Part shown: positions 1 to 9,896 of the stretch, in pieces
How positions within the stretch are numbered: the first letter of the stretch is position 1
Layout of the letters: the number at the start of each line of letters is the position of its first letter
Virus record (IMG/VR): IMGVR_UViG_3300045988_165974
Location: 1-64,000 of that record
Reading direction: 5' to 3' (one strand)
DNA length: 64,000 bases
From: a virus
Translations under genes and position numbers: made by a program
Notes under the pieces: model-generated
What the model saw: the letters and a program-made list of their open reading frames with translations, nothing else
What the model was told of the DNA's origin: nothing
Databases searched by the model: none

Positions 1-212
1 ATATCTTTAACAAAGTAATAATTATCTTTTGGAGCATCTAGCATTACTTGAACTCCTTGCATAACAAGTCCTCCAGGTAATTCTCTATAAAAAGTTGTAG
101 TTGTTAATTCATTTTTATCTGACTGTACATATAATGAATTTTCATTAATTCCAGAGTTACTAAAATCACAGACAGTAACCCAATCTCCATTTACTAATAC
201 TTTCATTAACAT
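1..212 (-). CDS. hypothetical protein, N-terminal part (ORF runs off the left window edge)
   Basis: Minus strand: AGGTGAT RBS, then ATG at 212 (MLMKVLVNGDWVTVCDFSNSG...). Open to position 1. Absent from the ORF track because there is no stop in the window. Confidence 0.4.
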   Translation of the reverse strand, partial: MLMKVLVNGDWVTVCDFSNSGINENSLYVQSDKNELTTTTFYRELPGGLVMQGVQVMLDAPKDNYYFVKD

Positions 213-221
213 CTATATCAC

Positions 222-2018
222 CTAAAATCCATTTTTCTTTTCTGTTTTTATTAATGAAGGATAATCAACATAGCATATGTTACTATCAACTGATTCATTC
301 ATTCCCATAAACTTACTAGAGCCATTTTGCCATACTTTAACATCTGATTTAGTCCAGCCATGAGAATCTGCATTCCATTTAGCTAACCACAAATCTCTTT
401 TTGATACATCATTGAAATTTACATAGTTATTTAACCAGTCAACATTACTGTATATTCCTGTTTTATATCCTGCCGATTCTAGCATATCGCAAAATGTATT
501 CATATAATTTGTTAGAGTTGCCTTTCCTGGATTCTTTGAAACGTAATTTCCTGCACTATTTTTACTTGTTTTTAATGAATCGTATTCTTGGTCAAAGAAT
601 ATAGGCAATTCAAAAGTAGCAGGATATTTAGCTAATTGTTCTATAACCCAGTTTGCCTCTGCTTTAAGCTTAGTAAGAGATGCTGCATAACTAAAGAAAT
701 ATACTCCCATTGGTATATCATATTTTTTACATGCTTCAACATTATTTTTAAATTGTTCGTCTATAACTCCACCATTATGACTTCTACTACCATATCCAAT
801 ACGAATAATGGCAAATTTAACTTCTTCTCCTTCTTTAACTTTTTTCCAATCTATTGTTCCGTTATGTCTCGAAACATCTATTCCTTTGCATTTAGAAGGG
901 AATCTAGTTATTTCATTAACTCCAACTGGATTTCCATCAGAATCTAATTGTATTGTAGATTTTTGAACATATTTATCTGCTCCGTTTATATATCCTTCTT
1001 TGCCATTATAATAAATTTTTATCCATGTTGTATTATCATATTCTTCCAATATAAGTACTTTTGTACCGTCATACACATATCCTATTTTAGAATTAGTAGT
1101 TCCTGTCCCACTTCTTACATTTAATCCTATACCTTCATTTATTGTCGCAACTTTAGCAGAATCACTAACTACAATTCCAATGATACCTTTTCCCGTACAT
1201 ACATTAAGTTTATTTTTTTCTGTTTCATTCTTACAACAAATACCAATAATTGGTTTTGTTTGAGAAACTTGTCCCATAAGAGCAGTATCTGGAAGAATTT
1301 CATTAATTAAGAATGTCTTTCCGTCTAGCTCTGTACTTGTACCAAAAATTTTAACTGATTTTCCTAGTAATGAAGCGTCACAAGCAGAACAATACAGTTT
1401 GTCGGGATATCCTTCTGTTGTTGTATCGTCAACATTTTCATTATAATAAGGAACAAACATACAATCTTTTTGTTGCCCTACTACTATACTAGTACTAGGA
1501 GTAGGCTCTGGAGTTGGGATAGGATTTGGTTTATCTGTATTCCCACTATCGTCAGGATTTTCTTGTTTATCCATTACAAACCATAGTTTATATTTTCCGT
1601 CATTAGGTAAATCTGAACCTATAAATATTTCTTCTGGAGTAAAATATTTCATCATATATGAAAGCTTTTCTCCTAATGAACCAAAATCATCATGTTCTCC
1701 GTCTCCACTTCTAGCATTAAGCATCTCTGCTTTAAGTATGTCTACTAATTTTTCCATATCAGTAGTTTCTTCTAATAAGCTTTCTATTTTAACAACCTCA
1801 TAACTAGGAGTGATTGTTGTGTCTGTTTCTGTAAAATCCTTCATGATTACGCATTCTTTTTCTTTATCGTATGTAGGAGGATTTTCTATAACTTCTTTAT
1901 ATCCATATGCTTTTAATAATGTTTCATTTTCATCAAAGTTTACAATTAAGCTACCATCGTCTAATTTTAAATTATGAGGAGCAACTTCTAGTTTCCCATT
2001 TACTACTTTTCCAAACAT
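222..2018 (-). CDS. cell-wall hydrolase with C-terminal GH25 muramidase domain, central SH3-like segment and N-terminal virion-type domain
   Basis: C-terminal GIDVSRHNGTIDWKKV...FAIIRIGYGS...FFDQEYD...VDSNICY matches the GH25 lysozyme pattern. GYVYDGTKVLILEEYDNTTWIKIYYNGKEGYI looks SH3-like. It is the last gene of the tail block. Confidence 0.75.
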   Translation of the reverse strand: MFGKVVNGKLEVAPHNLKLDDGSLIVNFDENETLLKAYGYKEVIENPPTYDKEKECVIMKDFTETDTTITPSYEVVKIESLLEETTDMEKLVDILKAEMLNARSGDGEHDDFGSLGEKLSYMMKYFTPEEIFIGSDLPNDGKYKLWFVMDKQENPDDSGNTDKPNPIPTPEPTPSTSIVVGQQKDCMFVPYYNENVDDTTTEGYPDKLYCSACDASLLGKSVKIFGTSTELDGKTFLINEILPDTALMGQVSQTKPIIGICCKNETEKNKLNVCTGKGIIGIVVSDSAKVATINEGIGLNVRSGTGTTNSKIGYVYDGTKVLILEEYDNTTWIKIYYNGKEGYINGADKYVQKSTIQLDSDGNPVGVNEITRFPSKCKGIDVSRHNGTIDWKKVKEGEEVKFAIIRIGYGSRSHNGGVIDEQFKNNVEACKKYDIPMGVYFFSYAASLTKLKAEANWVIEQLAKYPATFELPIFFDQEYDSLKTSKNSAGNYVSKNPGKATLTNYMNTFCDMLESAGYKTGIYSNVDWLNNYVNFNDVSKRDLWLAKWNADSHGWTKSDVKVWQNGSSKFMGMNESVDSNICYVDYPSLIKTEKKNGF

Positions 2019-2029
2019 ATTTTCTCTCC

Positions 2030-3169
2030 TTATCCTTCATAGATTTCTGCTTTTGCATACCATTTTCCGTTTGTATATGTAAAGTTTATTTCAAGTAAAC
2101 CATCATTATCTACATTTGGTTCATTTAACCAAATTACTTTTGGAAATGTCATAGTTGTGCTACTAAGAACATTTAAATATAAAGTTATTTTACTAAATGT
2201 TTCTATACTTGGTAATGCAATAGTAGTTGCTGCTGACAATGTTGATAATTGATTTCTATCTTCTGTAAGTGTTAATACATCATCAACAGGAGTTATCACC
2301 TTTACTTCTTCTCCTAAAGGAATAATTTTCTTTGTCGTTCTATCATATTTATATAATTTAAAAACTTCTTCATTAAAACATCTAACAACTTTTAAGTATT
2401 GTTTAGATGCATAAGTTACATATAAATAATTTTTACCTTCTAATTCATAAGGAACTCCTTCATTAAAATCTTGAATACTTCCTTCTATTAGGTAAGTTCC
2501 TTTCTTTAAGTCTTCAATTACAATAGGGAAATCATCTGTTCCTACTTTAATAATATATCCTTTCGATTTGTCTAATTCTTTTAATTTCTTATCTGTTTCT
2601 ATTTTATGGTTTATAAGGTCATAGATAGCTTGTTCTATTTGATTTAATTTAGAATCTGTTATAATATCTCCTGCTACCCATATCTTTAAATTATAAGTTC
2701 CATCTGCATTATAGATTGGAATTTCTTTTCCTAATTTAAATATTTTGCAATTATCTACTTCACTTGTATTAACTTCTCCTAATGCTAAAGTTTTTTCAGA
2801 GACTGGACTTTCTTCATATGTCATAGGAAATGGGGGCAATATAGTTGAAATACCTCTATCGTTATAAAGTCGAATATATATATTGTATTTTCCAAAATTA
2901 GACATATTCCCAATTATTTCATTTGTCAGAGTAAATAAAACTCTGTTTTCAATAACTGGAGTTATATCCCCAACTATTTCGTTTCCAAACATATCAATAA
3001 GAACTATATCACTATATATATATTTATGTTTAGAAATCTTTAAAGAAGGACTGTCAATAATCTTAAATAAAATATCAATACCTTTTTCATGTTGTGAAAT
3101 GAATAATTGTTCACTTAACAAGCTTTCTTTATTTTGTATAGTTAGAACATATTCTTTTTCTAAAGACAT
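2030..3169 (-). CDS. hypothetical virion protein (possible receptor-binding / tail fibre component)
   Basis: 379-aa ORF tightly packed between the fibre-like protein and the lysin. No recognisable motif; call is positional only. Confidence 0.35.
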   Translation of the reverse strand: MSLEKEYVLTIQNKESLLSEQLFISQHEKGIDILFKIIDSPSLKISKHKYIYSDIVLIDMFGNEIVGDITPVIENRVLFTLTNEIIGNMSNFGKYNIYIRLYNDRGISTILPPFPMTYEESPVSEKTLALGEVNTSEVDNCKIFKLGKEIPIYNADGTYNLKIWVAGDIITDSKLNQIEQAIYDLINHKIETDKKLKELDKSKGYIIKVGTDDFPIVIEDLKKGTYLIEGSIQDFNEGVPYELEGKNYLYVTYASKQYLKVVRCFNEEVFKLYKYDRTTKKIIPLGEEVKVITPVDDVLTLTEDRNQLSTLSAATTIALPSIETFSKITLYLNVLSSTTMTFPKVIWLNEPNVDNDGLLEINFTYTNGKWYAKAEIYEG

Positions 3170-3177
3170 TTTTTCAC

Positions 3178-4701
3178 CTAACTTTCTAATTTACTTACTC
3201 TTTCTGCCAATGCTTTGTATTCATTAGACAGAGTAGTGTAATTATTATTTAATGTTTCATATTTTTTATTTAGTGATTCATATTTGGTTTTTAAGTCATC
3301 TACTTGTTTTTGAAGGTCTTCTTTGATTTGCTTAAGGGCGGTTTCATTTGTTGTATTACTAATTTGATTTATACAACTGACAAGTTTTGAATCAAGAACA
3401 TTACAAGCACTTCTAAATTCTGTAAGGGTATAAGTAAGTCTATTTCCATCACTAGAATCTAGCTCTAAATCCTTTAGCCTATTTATTACGACATCTGCAA
3501 AATCATTATATCTAGCTATAAAGCTTTCGTAAGCTGTTTTAAGGTCTTTTTTTATCGCATCTGTTGTATTCTTATTTGAATAATACGATTGGTAAATTCC
3601 TGTAACTTTATCTGTATATTCTTTTAAATTGACATTATAACTTCTTAAGCTTGAATATTGTGCATTTGTAACTACTCCACTATTTCTTCTAACTTCATTT
3701 GTTATTGCTATTATTTTATTTATTGTTGATTTTATAGAATTAAAATAATAATGAACATCTTGTTTTTCATTATCTGAATCATTCAAGACGGATTCTTGTA
3801 ATTCATTTAACTTTTCGATAGTATTATTCAGTCTCACAGTTATGTTATAAACTTCATCTGAAATAGTTCCCCCAGAACCTAGAAACAACAGCGAATTGCA
3901 AGAATCTTTTAAATTAGATAGAGAATTTAGCATATCATCTATACATATACTTACAATAGAAATATCAGAAGGAGTTACATCTTCATTTTTAGATAAGACT
4001 AAATCATTGATATTTGTAACTAATTGTGCAACAAGTTGTTCTAAAACTGTTCTATATTGAGAAACGGCTATGATTCCATCTTCGTCTTTATCTATATTAT
4101 CTTCTGCACACACTAAGTCTGCCAAAGCATCTGCACAGGCTAACACTCTAGTTGATTGGGTTTCTATATCTGTTGTTTTGGCATTTATGTCTGTTTTTTC
4201 AGAATCTATAAGCTTATTATCTTCAACATATGTATCTAATGTATTATTTAATGTAATAAGCTGAGAATTATAATTTATAATTAAAGTGTTTAATTCTTCT
4301 TTTATCTCTGAAAAACTTTTGTCTTGTTTATATTCATCTGAAAGTTCTTGAGTTTTAGTAGTTATTTCTGTAAGCTTTTGTTGATATGCCTCATTTTTAT
4401 TATTAAGAAGTTGAATCTTTTTTGTAATAACTTTTGAATTATATCCATCGAAAGTTAAAGTAATTTCTTCTGGGTTTATTTTTATAGCATTTCCGCTATT
4501 GTTTTTAATTATAAAAAATAAATTTTCTTTGATTTGTCTTGTATCTGTACAGAATAAATTTGAAGGATTTGATAAATCCCAATAAATATATTTTTTATCT
4601 GTATAGATATTATTTATTACATAAGCTTTATTATCATATGTAATGACTAAATTTTGTATATATATAAATCCCATATTGGGAATATTATCTAACAGAGCCA
4701 T
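3178..4701 (-). CDS. coiled-coil tail fibre-like protein
   Basis: 507 aa with long heptad-like low-complexity stretches (LNNKNEAYQQKLTEITTKTQELSDEYK..., C-terminal KYESLNKKYETLNNNYTTLSNEYKALAERVSKLES). Located downstream of the tail lysin. Confidence 0.45.
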   Translation of the reverse strand: MALLDNIPNMGFIYIQNLVITYDNKAYVINNIYTDKKYIYWDLSNPSNLFCTDTRQIKENLFFIIKNNSGNAIKINPEEITLTFDGYNSKVITKKIQLLNNKNEAYQQKLTEITTKTQELSDEYKQDKSFSEIKEELNTLIINYNSQLITLNNTLDTYVEDNKLIDSEKTDINAKTTDIETQSTRVLACADALADLVCAEDNIDKDEDGIIAVSQYRTVLEQLVAQLVTNINDLVLSKNEDVTPSDISIVSICIDDMLNSLSNLKDSCNSLLFLGSGGTISDEVYNITVRLNNTIEKLNELQESVLNDSDNEKQDVHYYFNSIKSTINKIIAITNEVRRNSGVVTNAQYSSLRSYNVNLKEYTDKVTGIYQSYYSNKNTTDAIKKDLKTAYESFIARYNDFADVVINRLKDLELDSSDGNRLTYTLTEFRSACNVLDSKLVSCINQISNTTNETALKQIKEDLQKQVDDLKTKYESLNKKYETLNNNYTTLSNEYKALAERVSKLES

Positions 4702-5021
4702 ATTGAGCCTCCTTTAAGTTTGTGTAAATAGGTCTACTCCCCCCTCCGTACATATTCATAGGAGTTGAAGGGGGTAGACTTGTTATTATAGGTAAGAATT
4801 TTATATCTAAAATAATGTTTTAAATAGTCTAAAAAACCCCTCATATAAGGCTATTTTTTTATAAAAAACCCCTTGTATTGAATTTAAGTTAATAATTTTA
4901 AGAACATTTCTTCTTTTATACTTAAATTTTTCCCTTTCCATATTACATCTGGATTAACGACAAAATAATCTTTCTTCTCCTTTCGTATATAATAATAGTC
5001 ATTTTGTAAAAAGGAGACAAA

Positions 5022-8000
5022 TTATGAATTTAATATACTCCAATATTTAGAGTTTCTTATATCTTTATCATCTGATTTAAATTTTGTAAAGTTAATTAAA
5101 ACTCCTCCTCCTGATATGTAATATTTAAATGCCGTTTTATAAGCCGATAAACTTCCATGATTATATGCCCATTTATAACTTTGAGTAAATGACCAACTCG
5201 TTCCATATCCTGAACCCCATGATAAAACATATATATCACTTCTAATAGGATTTCCAAAAATCTTTTCTGCATTAGAGTCAGAATAAGTTGACATATATAT
5301 ATCCATATCTGACATTCCAACCCCACAATCGTTGACTGTAAATATTCCGTTACAAGTTACAGATTTTCCATGTCCATCGACAATTTTTTTCCCTTTTAAT
5401 TTTGGTACATATACTTTCGTACCGTAAGGAACATTTAGCATTCCACAAGTTTTTCCGAGGTTTAATGGAATACTACAACCACTAGAACCGTCTCCACCAT
5501 AACTCGTACATCTTGCATTTTGGAATCTATAAATATAACTCTTGCCATCAATTGTTCCTGTTTCATTAAAACAATTCTTATATTGTTCTTTAGAATCTCC
5601 TTTTGTATTATCGCTTGGAATATCACTTATCTTTTTATCTGCTTTAATTAACTCTTCTAATCTAAAGAAAAACCATTGAGAATTTGTCTTTCTTTTTCTT
5701 TTTTGAATTCCTGATGAATACCCTATTGCTTCTGCAATATACCCATCTCCCATATATATAGCAGTATGGTGAGTATCACAGGTAAACATATTATTCTTTG
5801 TTAATTTAACATCATCGTTTGCAAACATAACAATATCTCCAGGTAATGCATTTTCAAATTTTGTATCTACATATCTCCAAGCTCTAGCATTATGTTCCTT
5901 AGCAGCATCTTGAATTGTTCCTCCAGCACATGATAGTCCTTTCATGAAATCAAGTCCTGCTGCTTGATAACAACAACCTACAAAGGAACTACAATCAAAT
6001 CCCCATTTTCCAACTCCTGGTTGTTTATATGTTTTCCTTTTCTTTTGAGAACGAATAGTTTCATAAGAACTTTTGATAACTTGTTTTTTATTATAGTCGA
6101 CAGTTCTATTGTATTGAGAATACCAAGCCTTACCATCAATACATAACTGGACAATTTCTTCTGCTCTTGCTACGATTTTTTGTCTCATTACACTTAATTT
6201 ACTGTTTTCATCATCTTCTATTGGGTCTTCTGGTTCTTCTGATACTTTATTTAAAACATCTAAGACATAACTATTTATATTATTTCTTAAAATCTTATAT
6301 CCATTTTCAGTAAGTAAATATCCATTTCTTGAATATGTAGTATTTAACAATTTGTCAATTGTTAATCCTGCTGAAACATTAACTGTTTTAATTGATTTTT
6401 CAGTACAATATTTTTCAATTTCGTCATTAAAATTAACTATATTTGAATTGGTTGTAATATAGTCATATATATCATTTTTATAAGTTATTGCGACAGGCAA
6501 TTCTTTTATGACTATAATGTCTTTAGAAGGATATTTAATAAGCAATTTATCTAATAAAGATTTATAATATAAAATTCCTAAACTTGTTAAATCATTTATT
6601 CCTAGCATTGTGAGAACGCAAGTTGGGTTAGAAGGGAATGTATCTATAATATTGTGTTCAGAAAAGTAATTTGCATTAATTTTACTTTTGGCATATACAC
6701 TTAAATCATCTAAAAAATGACTTTCTTTCATGTGTTCTATTCTATCGTCTCCAATAAGAAGAGAGCCTTTTATGTTCTCGTATTTTAAAGAAACTTCCTT
6801 TTGAGTTACAACAACTAAACAGCTAGCTACTATTTTTGTATTTTCAGTTGAAACAACATTTATTTTACAAGTTCCATTTGAAACTCCTGTAACAAGTCCT
6901 TCCGAGCTGACTGTGGCTATCTTAGTATCTGTTGAATAATAAGATAAGTTTTGATTTGTGGCATTTGTAGGAACAACACTTGCCACAAGATAACGAGTTT
7001 CATTTTTATCTAATAGTAAATCTTTTGTATTTAATCTTATTCCAGTAACTTGAACATCTTTAGTTTCGTCATAATCTCCAACAGTAACAATACATGAGGC
7101 AGACTTATTAAATTCTTTTGAAACAGCACTTATAACACATTTTCCATAATCTAAGCCTGTTACTTTTCCTCCTTCGACAACGGCAACTCTTTCATTACTA
7201 GACATCCAAAATACTTCATCGAGTTCAGGATTTGGAGGGACTATTGTCGCAGTAAGAGTATAAGATTCATCTGAATCTAAATTTAATTCTGTTTTATCTA
7301 ATGTAATACTTCTAATGTATTTTGTATCCGTAAGCTCTGGGGGATTTTTTGCCACATCTAAATCTATATCTGAAATTAAATCTGTACTTACTTTATTGTA
7401 TTTTTGATTATTCCATAGCCATTTATTTGTATTTATAATTTTTTTATTATTCTTTGCCTCTCTTAAAACATCTGAAATAAGCTTAGAGCTATCTTTATTT
7501 GTTTTCTTATTTGAAAAAGTTAGACTTAATGAATTGTCTTTATAGTTTTTTTGCCAACCAACTAAATATAAATAAGTTTCAACTTTTGTTTCTTTATCAT
7601 ATAAGGCAACTATATCTCCTAATCCTATTCTTCCATTCCAATTTCTTCTAAATCTATTCTCTATTAATCTATTTGTGAAATCTATTGAATCAATTGTAAA
7701 TTCTGTTGTAGGACGGCTTTTGAGCTTTAATTGTTGTCTACCTGTTTTTATAAGTTCATTTGCATCAATAAATGAATCATCTGAATAAGTATCGCAATAG
7801 ACATACTCTTTTAATTCATTTAACAAATCTTGTGTAAATAATAAATTTCCTTTTTCATCTGTAGAAGTTTCTCTTCTTAAAAGTATATTTAATTTATCTA
7901 TGTCATTAGATAGATTACTGTATTCTAGTTCTAATTGAGCTATTTCTACTGATAATTGAGCCTGTTCATCTTTAAGTATTTGTATCTGATTTTCATAAGA

Positions 8001-9029
8001 GGTAAAATCATAAGTCTCTGTTTCTGTTTCTAAATCTTCATATGCTTTTATAATATTTTCATATTGTTCTATTTGTGCTAATAAGATGTTTTCATTAGCT
8101 TGTTTATTAGAAAGCTCTGTTCTGACAGTTTCTCTTTTTGCTGTTTTATCTTTCCGTGTTTTTGTTCTTTCTATTGTAAGTTGTTCAAATTTAATCAGAG
8201 CATTATTTAATTCTTCACTCATTTCTCCTATTTCCATAAAATAAGAGTAATCTTCTATATAATCAAATCCAGTTGGATTTACTTCTGAAACAATACATTT
8301 TTCATCATTACCCTCTAAGGTAAGTCTTGTCACTATGTCAGTAGAATCATCTGTAACTTCTTTTGATTTAATATAATTATCTCTTGATAATATAAGTTGT
8401 AAATTATCTCCAAATGAATCCATATCAAATAAATTTACAAGTTTATTTTTTCTATCAAATATTGGAACACAACAAAATTGTTCCTGGATTGTATCTGTAA
8501 TAAAAGAATAGTATGCGGCTTTAGTATCTTCTTGTATTCTTACTTTAGGCTGTCCATTTTCCATATAACGAACACTATCGTCTACATAGCCTATATGCCA
8601 TCCTGTATCTTTATATAACCATTCATCAAAAGATTCTACTTCATCATTTTCATTTTTATCTAATAATGACAATCCCATATTGGACATGACAAAATTGTTT
8701 TTCTCTAGTTTTTTTTCATAACCATAAACAGTTACTGTTTTCATTTCTTTATCATCATCTGTTTTAACCTTTTTTATAATGAATTTTTCATCATCTATTG
8801 ATATAACTCTTTCTGTCATAAGTTCAAAATATAAAGGATTTTCCTTTGAAATTTTCCCAACTTGTGAAGGTATAAATCTAGGTATTTCAAATTCCAAAGA
8901 ATCTATATCGTCAAAATTTCTTGATTGATTACTAACGAATTTTACAGGGATTTGTCCTATGACTTCTCCGTTAAGTTTTTCAAGTAAAATCTCATTTATG
9001 GGTTTTAATTCTTTAACAATTATATCCAT
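5022..9029 (-). CDS. tail-associated multi-domain lysin (Tal-like N-terminus, 2x Big_2-like Ig, SGNH/GDSL-like esterase, NlpC/P60 peptidase, C-terminal 3D/DPBB-like domain)
   Basis: Two repeats ...TLTATIVPPN...VISAVS / ...LVASVVPTNATNQ...KINVVS look like Big_2. LLIGDDRIEH...MLGINDL looks like SGNH. GFDCSSFVGCCYQAAG...GDIVMF...THHTAIYMG is the NlpC/P60 Cys-His pattern. The C-terminal CGMLNVPYGTKVYVP...VNDCGVGMSDMDIYM looks 3D-like. Position is just after Dit. Confidence 0.75.
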   Translation of the reverse strand: MDIIVKELKPINEILLEKLNGEVIGQIPVKFVSNQSRNFDDIDSLEFEIPRFIPSQVGKISKENPLYFELMTERVISIDDEKFIIKKVKTDDDKEMKTVTVYGYEKKLEKNNFVMSNMGLSLLDKNENDEVESFDEWLYKDTGWHIGYVDDSVRYMENGQPKVRIQEDTKAAYYSFITDTIQEQFCCVPIFDRKNKLVNLFDMDSFGDNLQLILSRDNYIKSKEVTDDSTDIVTRLTLEGNDEKCIVSEVNPTGFDYIEDYSYFMEIGEMSEELNNALIKFEQLTIERTKTRKDKTAKRETVRTELSNKQANENILLAQIEQYENIIKAYEDLETETETYDFTSYENQIQILKDEQAQLSVEIAQLELEYSNLSNDIDKLNILLRRETSTDEKGNLLFTQDLLNELKEYVYCDTYSDDSFIDANELIKTGRQQLKLKSRPTTEFTIDSIDFTNRLIENRFRRNWNGRIGLGDIVALYDKETKVETYLYLVGWQKNYKDNSLSLTFSNKKTNKDSSKLISDVLREAKNNKKIINTNKWLWNNQKYNKVSTDLISDIDLDVAKNPPELTDTKYIRSITLDKTELNLDSDESYTLTATIVPPNPELDEVFWMSSNERVAVVEGGKVTGLDYGKCVISAVSKEFNKSASCIVTVGDYDETKDVQVTGIRLNTKDLLLDKNETRYLVASVVPTNATNQNLSYYSTDTKIATVSSEGLVTGVSNGTCKINVVSTENTKIVASCLVVVTQKEVSLKYENIKGSLLIGDDRIEHMKESHFLDDLSVYAKSKINANYFSEHNIIDTFPSNPTCVLTMLGINDLTSLGILYYKSLLDKLLIKYPSKDIIVIKELPVAITYKNDIYDYITTNSNIVNFNDEIEKYCTEKSIKTVNVSAGLTIDKLLNTTYSRNGYLLTENGYKILRNNINSYVLDVLNKVSEEPEDPIEDDENSKLSVMRQKIVARAEEIVQLCIDGKAWYSQYNRTVDYNKKQVIKSSYETIRSQKKRKTYKQPGVGKWGFDCSSFVGCCYQAAGLDFMKGLSCAGGTIQDAAKEHNARAWRYVDTKFENALPGDIVMFANDDVKLTKNNMFTCDTHHTAIYMGDGYIAEAIGYSSGIQKRKRKTNSQWFFFRLEELIKADKKISDIPSDNTKGDSKEQYKNCFNETGTIDGKSYIYRFQNARCTSYGGDGSSGCSIPLNLGKTCGMLNVPYGTKVYVPKLKGKKIVDGHGKSVTCNGIFTVNDCGVGMSDMDIYMSTYSDSNAEKIFGNPIRSDIYVLSWGSGYGTSWSFTQSYKWAYNHGSLSAYKTAFKYYISGGGVLINFTKFKSDDKDIRNSKYWSILNS

Positions 9030-9039
9030 ATCATCACCA

Positions 9040-9786
9040 CTATATTATACTAGGAAATTCACATATTATCCTTACTTTACAATTTCCTTCTATTACTAAT
9101 TGATTTTCTTTCTTATTTAATACAATCCATTCTCTATTACATTTACTTATAATATTTTCATTATTCTGATTTTGAACAGTAAGCATATAATTATCTATTG
9201 TAGCCACTTCATGTTCTTCTAATCCTATTAGTTCCAAATTATTTATTTTATTTAATGTCTTTTTCGTTCCAAAATTTTCAACTACAATTACAGGCTCATA
9301 TTCAGAATCTGATTCGTTATAAATATCTATAAATTCTTTTCCTTTAACTCTTTTCTCTATTTCTACATATTTAAAAGCATAATTAACCATTGGTTTAAAA
9401 GTAACTTCTATTACCCCTCGTCTTTTGAAATCAAACTTTTTAACTATTTTAGTACATTTAAAATAATAAAAATAATCTAAGTCATCATATGGTTCAAATC
9501 TTTCAAAAGAATCACTTATAAGCCATGTCGCTACTTCGTTATAAATTGAATTTGTCCATACAAGTGGAATATTATCTTTTTCTAAACACAATTCCAATAC
9601 AATATCATCTGGTTCTTCATTTGTTTCTGTAAATTGAGGAAATCCTAAACTATCTTCCATCGTTACATTTTTTACATAAGGAACTCCTATCTCATTTAAT
9701 ACATCTAAAGAACTAGTTGAAACTATACTTAAAAAATAATCCTTACAAGATTTACCTTTCCGTTTAAAATATGGTTCTATAAACAT
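9040..9786 (-). CDS. distal tail protein (Dit)-like
   Basis: 248-aa ORF directly between the tape measure and the Tal-like lysin, the canonical siphovirus Dit position. No motif check was possible. Confidence 0.5.
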   Translation of the reverse strand: MFIEPYFKRKGKSCKDYFLSIVSTSSLDVLNEIGVPYVKNVTMEDSLGFPQFTETNEEPDDIVLELCLEKDNIPLVWTNSIYNEVATWLISDSFERFEPYDDLDYFYYFKCTKIVKKFDFKRRGVIEVTFKPMVNYAFKYVEIEKRVKGKEFIDIYNESDSEYEPVIVVENFGTKKTLNKINNLELIGLEEHEVATIDNYMLTVQNQNNENIISKCNREWIVLNKKENQLVIEGNCKVRIICEFPSII

Positions 9787-9896
9787 ATCTCACAACTCCT
9801 TTCAAAATATTATCTATTATAGGCTCTCTAATTTCAATTCTAAGAGGTTTTATCTTTGTTGTTGAATAAGAAGTCAAGAGAGGATTTAAATCCTCT

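Noticed and set aside
636-947. Plus-strand ORFs antisense to the minus-strand structural genes (for example 636-947, 1907-2098, 2883-3227, 4070-4264, 5964-6146, 11788-12078, 12442-12636, 19458-19664, 21105-21293, 24816-25010, 31083-31397, 34104-34286)
   Set aside because: They lie entirely within long, well-supported minus-strand genes. They lack RBSs and have low-complexity, Phe/Leu/Ser/Ile-rich translations, as expected from the complement of AT-rich coding sequence.
4702-5021. Possible small genes or terminators in the 320-nt gap between the tail lysin and the fibre gene
   Set aside because: Only very short ORFs (under 30 aa) without convincing RBSs are present. The imperfect long hairpin (~4730-4785) and the GGGGTTTTTT runs may be terminators, but the stems are weak. 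The evidence is not strong enough to annotate.
5096-5326. 76-aa same-strand ORF nested in the tail lysin gene
   Set aside because: It is an alternative frame inside the conserved 3D-like domain, with no RBS and no independent support.
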